From: Azolla caroliniana
Lineage: Eukaryota > Plantae > Polypodiophyta
DNA length: 64,000 bases
Reading direction: 5' to 3'
NCBI GenBank assembly: GCA_043228905.1
Contig: JBHGNT010000009.1
Coordinates: 17,546,001 to 17,610,000 of the forward strand
The position numbers were made by a program, and so were the translations under genes. Below are positions 13,901-26,000 of the stretch, piece after piece. The first letter of the stretch is position 1. Each line of letters starts with the position of its first letter. The notes beneath the pieces were generated by a model that searched no databases, was not told the origin of the DNA, and worked only from the letters and a program-made list of their open reading frames with translations.

Positions 13901-15566
13901 CATATTGTTGTTGGTATAGCCCAATTCTTTAGTGTACTAGACAAGTACATATAGAAGTTAGAAATCCCCCATTTGTACAACATGAAATCACAATGAGTTA
14001 GCAAAAAGTAGAAACCCCCATTTGTACAATATGAAATTACAATCAGTTATCGAAACGTAGAAAAGTTTGTCCTTTTTATCCAACTTTTATTCCCATTGCA
14101 TGCTAGTGAGTGATGCAAGATGCCATTTCGACAAAAAGTCTCATAAGGGCCCCCACAAAGCTTGATCTTTTAAGTACACAATATACAATGTTGAGCTAAT
14201 TGTCAAAGTGATGCATGATATCTATTAGTCAAAAAGTCTATGAAGGGACCCAAGAAGCTTGTCCTTTCAATACACAAATACATTGTCAAGCCAAATGTCA
14301 AAGTGATGCGAAGCCACTTTGTCAAAAAATTTAGATCTTTATGATGGTTCACCATCACATGCATGCATTTTCAAATCTTTGCCACATTTAGTGAATTGGA
14401 ATGCAAAGGGCCAAAAAGAGTGTATTGGATAACCATGAACCTCCAAAATGAGGACATAATTACGTTTGGAAACTAAATACCAAAAAGGCATTTAGTTGAA
14501 TAAATGTTAACCTCCTCAATGAGAAAATTCGTTATCATGTTCATTTATCAACGACCATAAATACTTTATGACCCATTAACGATAATGTCAATTAGAAAGA
14601 CTCTGTTGTATGGTTTTAGAACAAACTTACACATTGCAGTGTTTTATTACTTTGTCATAAGCTAGAATTCAGTTGTCGGTTTCATTAGTGATTTAATGGA
14701 TATGAAGCCAATTGTTTGTTTCACAATCTTTTTTTGACCTGATTTTCAATTCCATAAGAAACATAGCAACACCCAAATAAAACAAAACATCAAGTTGTTT
14801 CAAAGAAGTCATATATATGGAATATAGAAATAACATAAATACTACGAGTTGAAGTTCTAGAAGTACTTATAAAAGAGCCAAGGGGCCTTTTCTTCAAACT
14901 CATGACCAAGCGGTCGTGCAATGAAAATAGTGGCCGGAAAAGTTTAATGGGGACCAAGTGGACATGTATTGAAGAGAAGAGTTTCATATGCTCATTACCT
15001 AGAGACCAAAGCAGGTCCTTATTGATTTGCAACAACACTATCTTTGGATTTTCAATCTCATCTGAAGAAATAGCCATAGCCCTTCTGTGGGTTATTTAGG
15101 AAAAAGAGTTGTGGATCCAACATTACGACACAAAACATGCAAGAACATAAGAGATGGTCAAACATGTAGATAATGGGGTTCATAGGAAATGACCAACATC
15201 TTAGTAATGTAGATTATGGTGTACATGTATGTACATAAATCCAACCAAGCAAAAACATACACTAGTGGATTTTGTATTGAGGTCTCCTCCCTTTGATCTA
15301 GGCTTCTCCCTAGCCCGCCCTTCTCCTATACAAAGCCTCTCCTCTAGCCATATCCATTATTTATCAACAATACCTCTTTCCTCTATTGTCACCAAACTAA
15401 TAGTGTATAGACTTAACATAACCGTGACATCAAATACTATTGGAGGTTATTGTTTTTAATGTGACTGGTAAACAATGCTCTCTTTGGCTCTTTGTAATCA
15501 ATCTGAAGTTATAAAGCTTCTAATGAAACTACTCATCTTTTAAATTGATATCACTATAGATGCACG

Positions 15567-15750
15567 ACAAACTAAATTATTACATTGCATTCATGTTGAA
15601 ATAATAGTGCTTCATCCATCTTCCACAAAATTGTAATGTAAGCCCTTCAACATTGCTGACAAACTAAATTATTACATTGCATTCATGTTGAAATAATAGT
15701 GCTTCATCCATCTTCCACAAGATTGTAATGTAAGCCCATCAACATTGCTA
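15567..15750. repeat. Near-perfect tandem duplication of about 93 bp
   Basis: 'acaaactaaattattacattgcattcatgttgaaataatagtgcttcatccatcttccacaa.attgtaatgtaagccc.tcaacattgct' occurs twice. Confidence 0.85.
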
Positions 15751-18232
15751 TTGCACGAGGGTTTGGCGTTTCTTTCCAATGCCAAAGCCTGGCATCTGTG
15801 AACCATTTTGATCAAGAATTTGCTCAAATAATTCATTACCATATCCACATCTTCCTTGATCACTCTTAACAGAAAAAGGCTTCTGAAGGGTGGAGAAACA
15901 GTGTCAAAACTTGTTTATGGCAACCCCCCAAATAACAGGTTTTTTTTTATCTTCGAATTCAACCCCTCTCAGATTTTGATAGAAAAGCCTACCCATTCAT
16001 AGGTCATATTTGACCTCTGAATACGATAATATAATCTATCTATCTATCCATCTCTAACTATCCTATTTTACTGCTACTCATGTTGTTTGCTATACTGACA
16101 AAAAAGTCCTCAATCATCTTCCACAACATCAACATTGTCAGAAAGATACGCATGCATGCATGCTTCACTTGAATGGGACCACCAGGGTCTCAGACCGAGG
16201 AGGATGTGTGTCAAGTAATGGAGAAGGACAATGATCTTAGCAAAAAAAAATTGAAATTTTGATCAATATTGAAGGTGCTTTCAATATCTTCTGTTTGTAA
16301 GTACTCTCTTCTCTTCAGGATCAACGCAGTGAATCGATTTGAAATTCAGTTATGATTCAACTATTTAGCAACTCTAAATCATGAACATGTTTTACTTGCA
16401 TATCACATAGTGTGACACATACAAAGGACAAAAATAACAACAAACATTCCAAATTAACAAATGAAATCAGATGGAGTTATAACAATATGGAGAAAACTGT
16501 AACTCAATCAATTGCAAAACCCATAGTTAAATTTATACATAGTAGCAACAAATGCAGAAGAGAATGAATATGATGAAACTCACGACAAGTAACCTAATGG
16601 TAACATTGATCAGCATTTCTGAGATAGATATGAAATGACAGTTCATCTTGACAGTAGTATTATCTCGCACATTAATCTAGCTCCTTGGGAATCTTTGGAA
16701 ATGAGATTTTCAGGTAATCATTTTGAACTATGTACAACAAAGATTGATGTCATTGCTAACACCATGGTACAAGATAAAATCAATATCATTTGGAAGCATC
16801 TTCACGCAAATATCATCAGTTAGTATCCCGATTGAATTAACTCTTTATCATTCACTGTTGTCTAACTTGACAGTCAGATTAAATTTTATCTCTATTCAAC
16901 TAGTAAATTGTCTTCATTTCAAAGCCTGTGTTAGATTTTAATCTGATTGCGGTCTCGGGAACACATTGACTGAGAAAAGTAATCATGCATAGTAGGACCA
17001 TCTTGTCAATAAAAGAGATCATTAATTAAACTGATGCATAAAGATCTAACTTTAAACCATCAAGACAATGCTGCTAATAAATGAGATGAGATCGATGACG
17101 GAAATGTACCAAAGATTATCTCTTTCCATCCATTATCTCTTGTAAACTGCGTATCCTCACCTCACCTAAATGGAAGCCACATGAGAGTCTGCATATTGAA
17201 TCTTGTCTTCTTCGCTATGCATAATCATTTACCAAACAGAGATTCGACACATCAATGCAAATACTATTGTATGCTGCAAGAAGAGTGGCTACACTGCATG
17301 TTGGAGAATCACTTGCAATCAACTGATTACACATCAAACATGGATTCTTTAATAACAAATAGAAACTCAGTACAAGCAAATACTTACCAACATCTCAAGC
17401 GACTTCTCTGTCCTAATAAGCCGTACACTCATGATGACATTAACGCGGTCTTACCAAATACTGCATTTGGTTCATCAGGAACGACCCCCAATACCATGGG
17501 AAAGAAGACTACTATGCAAATTTGTGCTGAAGAGGAAATTTCAAGGCTCCGTTGCATAACACATCTTTCCCAATCTCAAGAGATCCAATTCACGGACATA
17601 TAGATTCAAATCATACAGCAATGTATTTACATGGACACACACACACACACACATACATATACATATGCACACACAGTTATGGACATACTGCATGGAGATA
17701 CAGGAAACAGATGCTTGAGGAGATGCATGGTTTCATGTTGCAAAGAAAACTTGATTGTATTCAACGTCTAATAGATCCTACATAAACATAAGAACATTAC
17801 ACAATACAAAACAAATAAGAAGATATCTAGGCTTCTGCCATGCACTGAGAATATGACTTTTGAGAATCTATAAAACACACACAAGTATATATATATATAT
17901 ATGATTTACCATCCTATAGGATCTCTTGAGATTGGGGAAGAAATGTTACATAGCCATCATCAAAGTCTGGATTTATGCCAAGATATGTTATATCCTGCTC
18001 CATATATTTCAAAAGGGGGAGGAAATAAAATACCTCAAAACTCTGGCTTCTTTTCAGTTCAATCAGGGGGAGATCTTCTGATGTGTAAACCCCCAACTCT
18101 TCTACTGCTAGTTATCTTTGTGCATGGCTATTGGAGGGGGGGGGGGCTTCTGCAAGTGGAGAGATCAAGACGTGAGAAACCCAACTCATAAGTTGTCATG
18201 GATTCAGCTCTCTATCTCTCACACACATTTAT

Positions 18233-18260
18233 AAACCCTAACCCTAAACCCTAAACCTTA
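18233..18260. repeat. Short interstitial plant telomere-type repeat (AAACCCT)n, telo-box-like
   Basis: aaaccctaaccctaaaccctaaacctta. Confidence 0.6.
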
Positions 18261-20007
18261 TTTTCATTCTTAAGCTAGTTTTAATGTTGGAAGGCCCCAA
18301 GGGGGGATCCCACCATGGTTTCACACCACAAGACACAATAGCGAAAGGGGGGGGGGGGGGGGGGGGGGGGGTCAATTTGGACCCAAGGGACAGCAGATCC
18401 TTCATAGGACTTCACTATGATCATTCTATGTCATGCAGATCTCAATTGTTGAGACACTGAATTGCCCGAAATTCTTTTGTACGCTGATCTCAATTGCACC
18501 CACCTTGCCTCAATGATGCATGCAATGCTCAGATAACAAGAAGTAGGACTTGGACATGAGTGTGGGGTTCCCCCAATTGACTGACTTGACTATACACATG
18601 GAAACACTTGTACGTCACCCAACAACTTGCTTCTCGCGAGTGATTATAATAATGAGTGAGCATAATGAGGTTAAATGCTCCGCACATGCATACCATGGAT
18701 GCAACTTCTTGTAGCAAGTTTTTCTTTTCAAGGAAGTAAACGATCCGCTAGCATGCGCCGCCTTATTTAAATTGACTTGTTAGGTTTTCAGGTTTAATTT
18801 TAACCCCTTTTGCGTAATACCACATGCACGTGTGGCAACAATTTTGTACATTTATGATGATGCCACTAAGCTATTGAAACATGCCAATTGCCACGACGCC
18901 AAAAAAGAAATAAAAAATCTACAATGTTTATAGCTATATCTAGTTCTCATCAATATATCCCACCATCTTACATGATTACACTCAAACCTAAATGATAGAA
19001 TATATGTATACTTGTTTTCACGTTGCAACGACATTTCTACGCCTAAATCACATTTGATGTTTTATGCCTCTACCACCATTTACCAATATTGGTGCATACA
19101 AAACAAACTTGATGAAACAGTAAATATACCTACAATTTCAACCTTGTTACAATCCTTTTTCACTTCTTGTATTAATGCTTGCTAGCAATGTGAGATCCAA
19201 GAACATTGCAGAACACAGTTTGCATAAACTCATAGACTGGTGTCAAGATAACAATATAGTATATGTGTGCATCTAGGACAAATGAATAAGAGCTCGTATG
19301 TGTTCTCATGTAGCATGGAATTACATGGAGGAGAGCACTTAACTAAAATATATAAACTATCTTTCATTCGAAGCCAGGATAAAGAAGCTACTTGAATCCT
19401 AAGGAGCTTTGAGAGGCTGATACAATTAGCACACAAATTTTCTAACAACACAACATTAAGACGCTACGAGAGAGAAACTCGTCGAGTTTTTTCAGAGCTG
19501 CATACAATGCAGTTCACATCAACGAACATGATTTCTTAATTCATAAAACGGATTAAAGAAAAGAAACAAATCGCATCATGTGGATATCTGGTTCAGAGAG
19601 GACCCACAAGCCAAATTATTTCTTGCTGCTTGAATAAATGTTTGCATAAAAAATATACCCAATGGGGTCATCATCCTACAGAGCTCTTCCATGATATTGA
19701 AAACTAGCGCCTCCTTCAATCTTCAAAACTGAAGTTAATGCTACAACTACAACCAGTGTTTGGGAGATGCATAAAAACTCCTACTAAATTCCGAGAAATC
19801 TAGTTCATTATTTCCTGCATAGCTTCATACATACATGAAACAGAGACTCGGTCGATTTAGTAAAGATACGTTTCCCAACACAGTCTACACCTAAAAATAT
19901 ATGCTGTATTCCTCCTCTTTTTGCACATGTATACATGTGTATATATAGCCAATGCATGTCCATTTCGAACCTCAACATCTTTACAATAAGAGAACTGGAA
20001 AATTGCA

Positions 20008-23000
20008 TTAGGTAGTAGAGGCAACAACAGCTTTACTACCTGAAGAACCCATATGCATACCTTTACGTGATAGATTACGACGCTGCTGTCCACTCGATGA
20101 TATCTTTTTTTCACTATTTCCTGATACCTTTTTCTCATTAGATGATACATTTTTCTCACTAGTTGATATCTTTTTCTCGGTACCGACTTTCATCTCTGAC
20201 AATTCAAAACTTCCCCTGGCCATATCCCTTCCTACCTGCAATGTTGATCAATGGATACAATGTACATCAGTCATTTGGACCCAATCTAAGCTCAAGAAAT
20301 ATAAGGACCAATAACTGCCACTTAGTATTACGAACTGCATTATATTACTGATGTGAAAATCTCATAAAAAACGACAAAGAAAGGAAGGAAACCACCAAAA
20401 GGTAGCTACAATGTGTCTTAAGACTGGAAACATTCAAACAAGACAAACAAGATGTGAAAACCATTATAGAAATGATAACATGGAAATGACCAGATACATC
20501 CCTCTCAACAATCCATGTCATATAAATTAAGGAAATGGCCTCAATCACCTTCAAGATTATGTACACCTTCAACGAGCTACTGAGCTGCGCTGCACGTTGC
20601 TTTCTGGTCAGAAATTCAAACATTATTGGGTCCACCCTGAGAAGAACCCTTTTCCACATTCGTCCATCAAAGTGAATGTTCTCCGGGTGGTTTGCCTGCT
20701 CAAATTCATGGGTTCAGCATATTAATGTATTTACATGAGTTCTTTCTCACCAAGAATTAAGAATATTCCTGAAAATATGAGAGTGGATGTAACAGGATTG
20801 TCCAAACCCTATTGCTACAGGCTACAATCGATTAACATGATAGTGATGTTTGATGCTAAAAGGAGCAGAAAACCAGAAGGTTTGGATTCACGAATTATGG
20901 CTTACACTTGCAACAATATTTACACAACGCTCACGTCTGATTAATCAGAATTCAGTCCTCCCACATTAGAAGATTTACGCATTACTTACAACAAGGCGAA
21001 GAATGGCTCGTTCTATTTTTGAGAATGTTGTTTCCAAAGCTTCCACACGACCACTTCCTCGGCAACATGAGCAGGGATCACTTATCATAAACGTTACACT
21101 TGGCCTAACCTGCAAAAGTAAAAGTGATTGTTACGATTCCATAACCCACGGTGAGTTAGACATCCGTTTACGAAAAATATCAACCATCTCACGTTTCAAT
21201 AAAGGATAGTATCTCCTCATTTGGTTACAAACACTGTATCAAAGATTTCACTGCACAAAGAAAATATTGTGTTTTGCTCCTAGAATTTTAGACAGTTTCT
21301 TTTATCTAAGCAATTGCTGTTGCTGACAGTTGCAACCACTGCCAAGATTATAGAGATGTGCTTTAATGTGTTTATTTATACCATCTCATATGATCTATCT
21401 GACAATCGCATCCTTCAGATTTACTCAACAATCCACAAATTAGCAAGATCAAGAAGCTTACCCTTCTCCGTGTCAACTCCATGAGTCCAAGTTCCGAAAT
21501 CTCTAAAATATGAATAATTGAACGATCCGATTGTATTGCATTCCTCATCTCTTGAGATACACGGGTCTCATGCTCTGAAAAGAAAGATAAAACGAATTGA
21601 AGGGTAGAGATGATAGGGGAAGCTTTCCACTTTCCTTTAATCCCATGATAGACTGGGCAATGACATTTATAATAAGTATTTTTGTATCATTGTAAAGGTC
21701 CAAATTTTTCTTGAAAGAGACAGTGATATTTTCCTCTGATCTCATAATATATTGGTCAATGAATTCATAATGCTCCTCGGATTCACCATCTTGATTGCAA
21801 AGCTAACAGATGAGTTTCTCTAAAGTAAGACATGTAGATCATTTAGTATCTATCCTCAGTTGACGATATGAAGTTTGGACATGCGCCATCACTATGCAAG
21901 GGGATCTGACATTTGCATCTCCATATATTTGGGCTTGAGTGATGAAATCATATGGAACATGTGACTGCAGGATATGGCCTGCAGTATACTGGATCCCCAG
22001 TACTGCACCATACTTCACAGTCATACAGCTTACAGAAACAATCTTGGGGAGATTGCAGATGGGCTCGGCAACAAGTCTGGAGCACCTAAGGATGTACCTG
22101 GCTCTGGGGGAAATCCTGAAGCGCCTAACAATGTGGAAGACAAAAGCTAAAATAATTAAGAACCAGAACATGAGAAAGAGTCCGAGAACAAGTCTGGGGC
22201 ACCCAAGACTGACAGGGCTCATGAGCGATCCCCAAGCACCTGAGAACATTGAGGGACCCAGAACCAATTCTGAAGAAACAGAGCATGTGAGAGGAGCTCA
22301 TATTGAAATCAGCCTCTGAGCCTGAGGGCAAAAGTGTTCACTCCAAATTTGTACCCATTAGGGACAAACCATACACAGCAGGATGTAAGCAAGTCTATGG
22401 GCAGAAACCCCTGGCCCCCGGAAAATTTACTAAGGAGCTGAAGGCCCTGAGGGAAGGGATATTAATGAATGCATTAATGGAAATACATGGAACTGAGCGT
22501 GCACAACACATAAAGTAACAAGATAAAGATAGAACAAAAACAAGTAAACTATTTAAATTACTTTAAACCACAAAGATCTACCAAATATGTACTAACCATC
22601 ATCATCCATATCAATGAAATCTATAACAATAATACCGCCAATGTCTCTCAACCTTATCTCAATTGCGATCTGCAAATACACCAGAAAATAATCAGTCCCA
22701 GAGAACGAAACTTAAAACATCCCTAAACGATATAGTTATCCACCTGCCGTGCGGCCGCCAAATTTGCTTCAAGAATAGCATCTGATTTCATATTCTTCCC
22801 TAGCATACCAGTACCACCATTTACATCAATAGACACTAATGCTTCAGTCTCTTGTATGACCAGATAAGCACCATTTGGCAGTTGCACCCTGCCACAAAGC
22901 ATGTTATTTGTGTAAATGCATATTTTGGTTTATGACAGATAAAGTGACTTCCTAAAATGAGAAGGAAAAATCTCTTGGCTTGTATTAAGGTTGAAAATTG

Positions 23001-26000
23001 TTATCGTCCATCCAAAATGGCATATTATAAGCAAACAACTAAATAAGAAGACCATAAAAAGCATAAGGAAAGATATGGTCAGTGCTACTGTCTGAATCCC
23101 CATCAATTGCTTGTGTTAAGGTTGAAAACTGTTATCATCCATCCAAAAAGGCATATTATAAGCAAACAGCTAAATAAGAAGACCGTAAAAAGCATAAGGA
23201 AAGATATGTTGGTGCTCCTGTCTGAATCCCCGTCAATTGCAAAGTGCAATGATCTTGATCTCAAATTTCATAATTTCAAGATATGTTGGAGGGTGCTTCA
23301 AGGAGGGTGGTGCTCCAAAGAGCTATAGAATAAAACAGATATGCATTCACCTTGCAATGTATTCGCTGCTATTTTGTTTGTGTTTCAAGGTGAATGCATA
23401 TCTGTTGTATTCTATAGCTCTTTGGAGAATGTGAAGGTCAACAATAGTATATACATATGTACATTGTATAACCATATGTTATCTACATGCATTCATATAA
23501 CTAAGAAGAAATGCAGAGTCTCCAAATAAATCCTTGAATTAAACTCAAAAGAAATACAAGTTTCCCTGTCTTTAAGAATTTCAATTTGATACCTTTCATT
23601 TAAAAGCTTGTCAATTTCAGGTTCAAGGTTAAACACATCAAATATTGGCATTGTTCCCGTATAAAGCTCCACACGATTTAGCAATTTTGGTGCGACTTCT
23701 TGAAGATAAGAAGTAACCTGGAAAAAAAAATCCAAATTAAAGAAAAACCAAGGCCCACATATCTAAAGAAAAATTCGTTTTGTTCTGATCTTGGAAATGC
23801 TAGTGCAGAAACTCTGGGAAACTCAAGAAATTCCCAAAGAAAGAATAGAATTTAATATGGTGGATAAAATATCCATGAATGTGAAGAATCTACATGGAAG
23901 AAAACTAGAAGTGTGTCATTGTAATGTATCTAGAACATTATTGTACTGTATCCATGAAAGAAGAAATCTTGCAATGTAGTTTTTTCCATCCTCATCACAA
24001 ATCACTAAACTCAAAGAGGAACTTTTTCATATGTTTGTAAAAATAGACTTCCCAATATCCAAAACTCTATTACAATAGATTGATGAGCCTGATCCTTCAA
24101 ACATAAATACCCACCTCGTGGTAAGTTTGGGCCGAGTCTACAACCATCCTATGAACCTGAAAATAAATCATCACAGAATTTCTCAAAACAACTCAAACAA
24201 AATTATAAACCAGAAAGATTGGTGACTATTCAAAATCACTTACCTTCTCAGCAAAGAAGTCCCTTACAATTGATAATGTTTGTCCCATTCCCCTATGTAA
24301 TACAACAGGTACTGCACCATCTTGTCCATTGTCAGCAGCCATAGAAGCAGCCTCAGCTTGCTCTACAATACCTTTCCAAGTCTCCATTAGACGCATCATA
24401 TCTTTCTCTAAATCTTCTTGAGATTGACCTGCAGCCTCCGTTCTGGCTGTTAGATCAAATCCAGGTTTTCTGAATAGCTTAGCAATGTCCTTCAACCTTT
24501 TGCGCTCTGGCCCATTAATTTTTTTGGATACGCCTGTAGACTTCCCTCCTAATCCAAGGACCTGTATTTCTTTCAAGTATTTATAATCCCATCTAGTGAA
24601 GAAAAAAGGAAATATGCCAAGTTTTCACTATTTCCCCAAGTGTTTTTATTTTTCCAAATGTCTCCCAAGTTTTCACTATTTCCCCAAATACCCTTGATCA
24701 ATCCCCCAAAAGAGAGAAAGATAGGATGCATTGACCATATAAAATTCAGTGAAGTAGCACAAGGGAATTTGCCAAGGGGATTTATGGAATAGCAAAAAAT
24801 TATGAGCAGTTGGGGAAAGAAATGAATAAAAACACAGGGTTATTTTGCAGTTTTCACCAAAAAAGATGATGCAAGGCTTTTAGATGATTGTACATACCCA
24901 AAACCTGCTCGATAACTGAGGAAATGCACATACTTTAGGCCCCTTCTTCCCCAATGGCTCTCGTCTAACTTGTACAATTATTCTCATTCCTTCTTCAACC
25001 TTCCTCCATTTTGTGTACCTTTGCCCAAAATTGACAGTGATTCGCTTACTTATATTTCCATTGATCTGGAGTAGCCTTTTTCTCCCTTGCTTTTCCAGTG
25101 CATCACCGTGAAATGAAGCATCTATGCTATTTTCAAGCGGTGATTCTTCCTCGTTCAAATCTTCTAACATTTCATTATCTTCATCATCTTCATCTTCAAT
25201 TTCAAACTGCTCCTCTGGATCATACATATGGCCATGCTCAGATGAAACTTCCTCTTGATTATCACTGGCAAGTTCCTCAGTGTCATTTGCAACAATTGGT
25301 GGAAATGTATATGGATATACATTCTTACTAATACTTAATAAAGCAACCCGTGAGTGACCTATGTCTACAAAAACACCTGTCATGCCAGGAAGCAGCTTTT
25401 TCACAATTCCCAAATAAACATTTCCAACATTAATGTCTGCATTAACCTGTTTTAGGAGCAATTCCACAAGTTTCCCGTCCTCTACGATTGCTATTCGCTC
25501 CATAGTACACTTGGAAGAACTAATTAATATGTCAGTTAAAACCTCCTTATTCTGCTCAATTTTCATGGGAAGATCTGGGATCTTCTCGACCACCTCTTCA
25601 TTTTCTTCAACATCCTCTAACGTTTCATCTGGTGTTGCAACTGATCTATAAGAACCACCCTTCTCATGTAAAATCATTGACTCCATCAGCCAAGGTTCTT
25701 CTCTAGGAAAAACCCTTTTCCTGATGTACTTCTTCAGCTTTGGAGTTAGCCTTACAGAAGACATTTGTTCATTTGTCTGATGTTTCTTGGAAATCTTGGA
25801 ACCTACTTTACTCTCCATTCCACCTGATTCTAGTCTTACTTGTGGGATATTTACATGTTCTTCTTTTACATCAACTCCACCTATGTCGATTTTTTTCTCT
25901 TTCCTTTGAGTGCTTCTATCCACATCTCCTCCACTAGTAAGAAGGATTGATGAGCTTTCTTCTTCTAATGAAGGTTTGTCACCCAAAAACCGCCGAAGAT

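Noticed and set aside
15770-15815. Minus-strand 'SKWFTDARLWHWK' resembling TALE homeodomain helix 3
   Set aside because: In-frame stops lie immediately upstream, there are no helices 1-2 and no convincing splice acceptor; likely chance.
18346-18371. Long poly-G run as a functional G-quadruplex
   Set aside because: A simple homopolymer in repeat-like intergenic DNA with unreliable length and no supporting context.
21939-22320. C/D-box snoRNA (GTGATGA ... CTGA) or a 126-aa ORF in RNE intron 8
   Set aside because: The boxes are antisense to the host transcript and too far apart, and the ORF has no recognisable domain.
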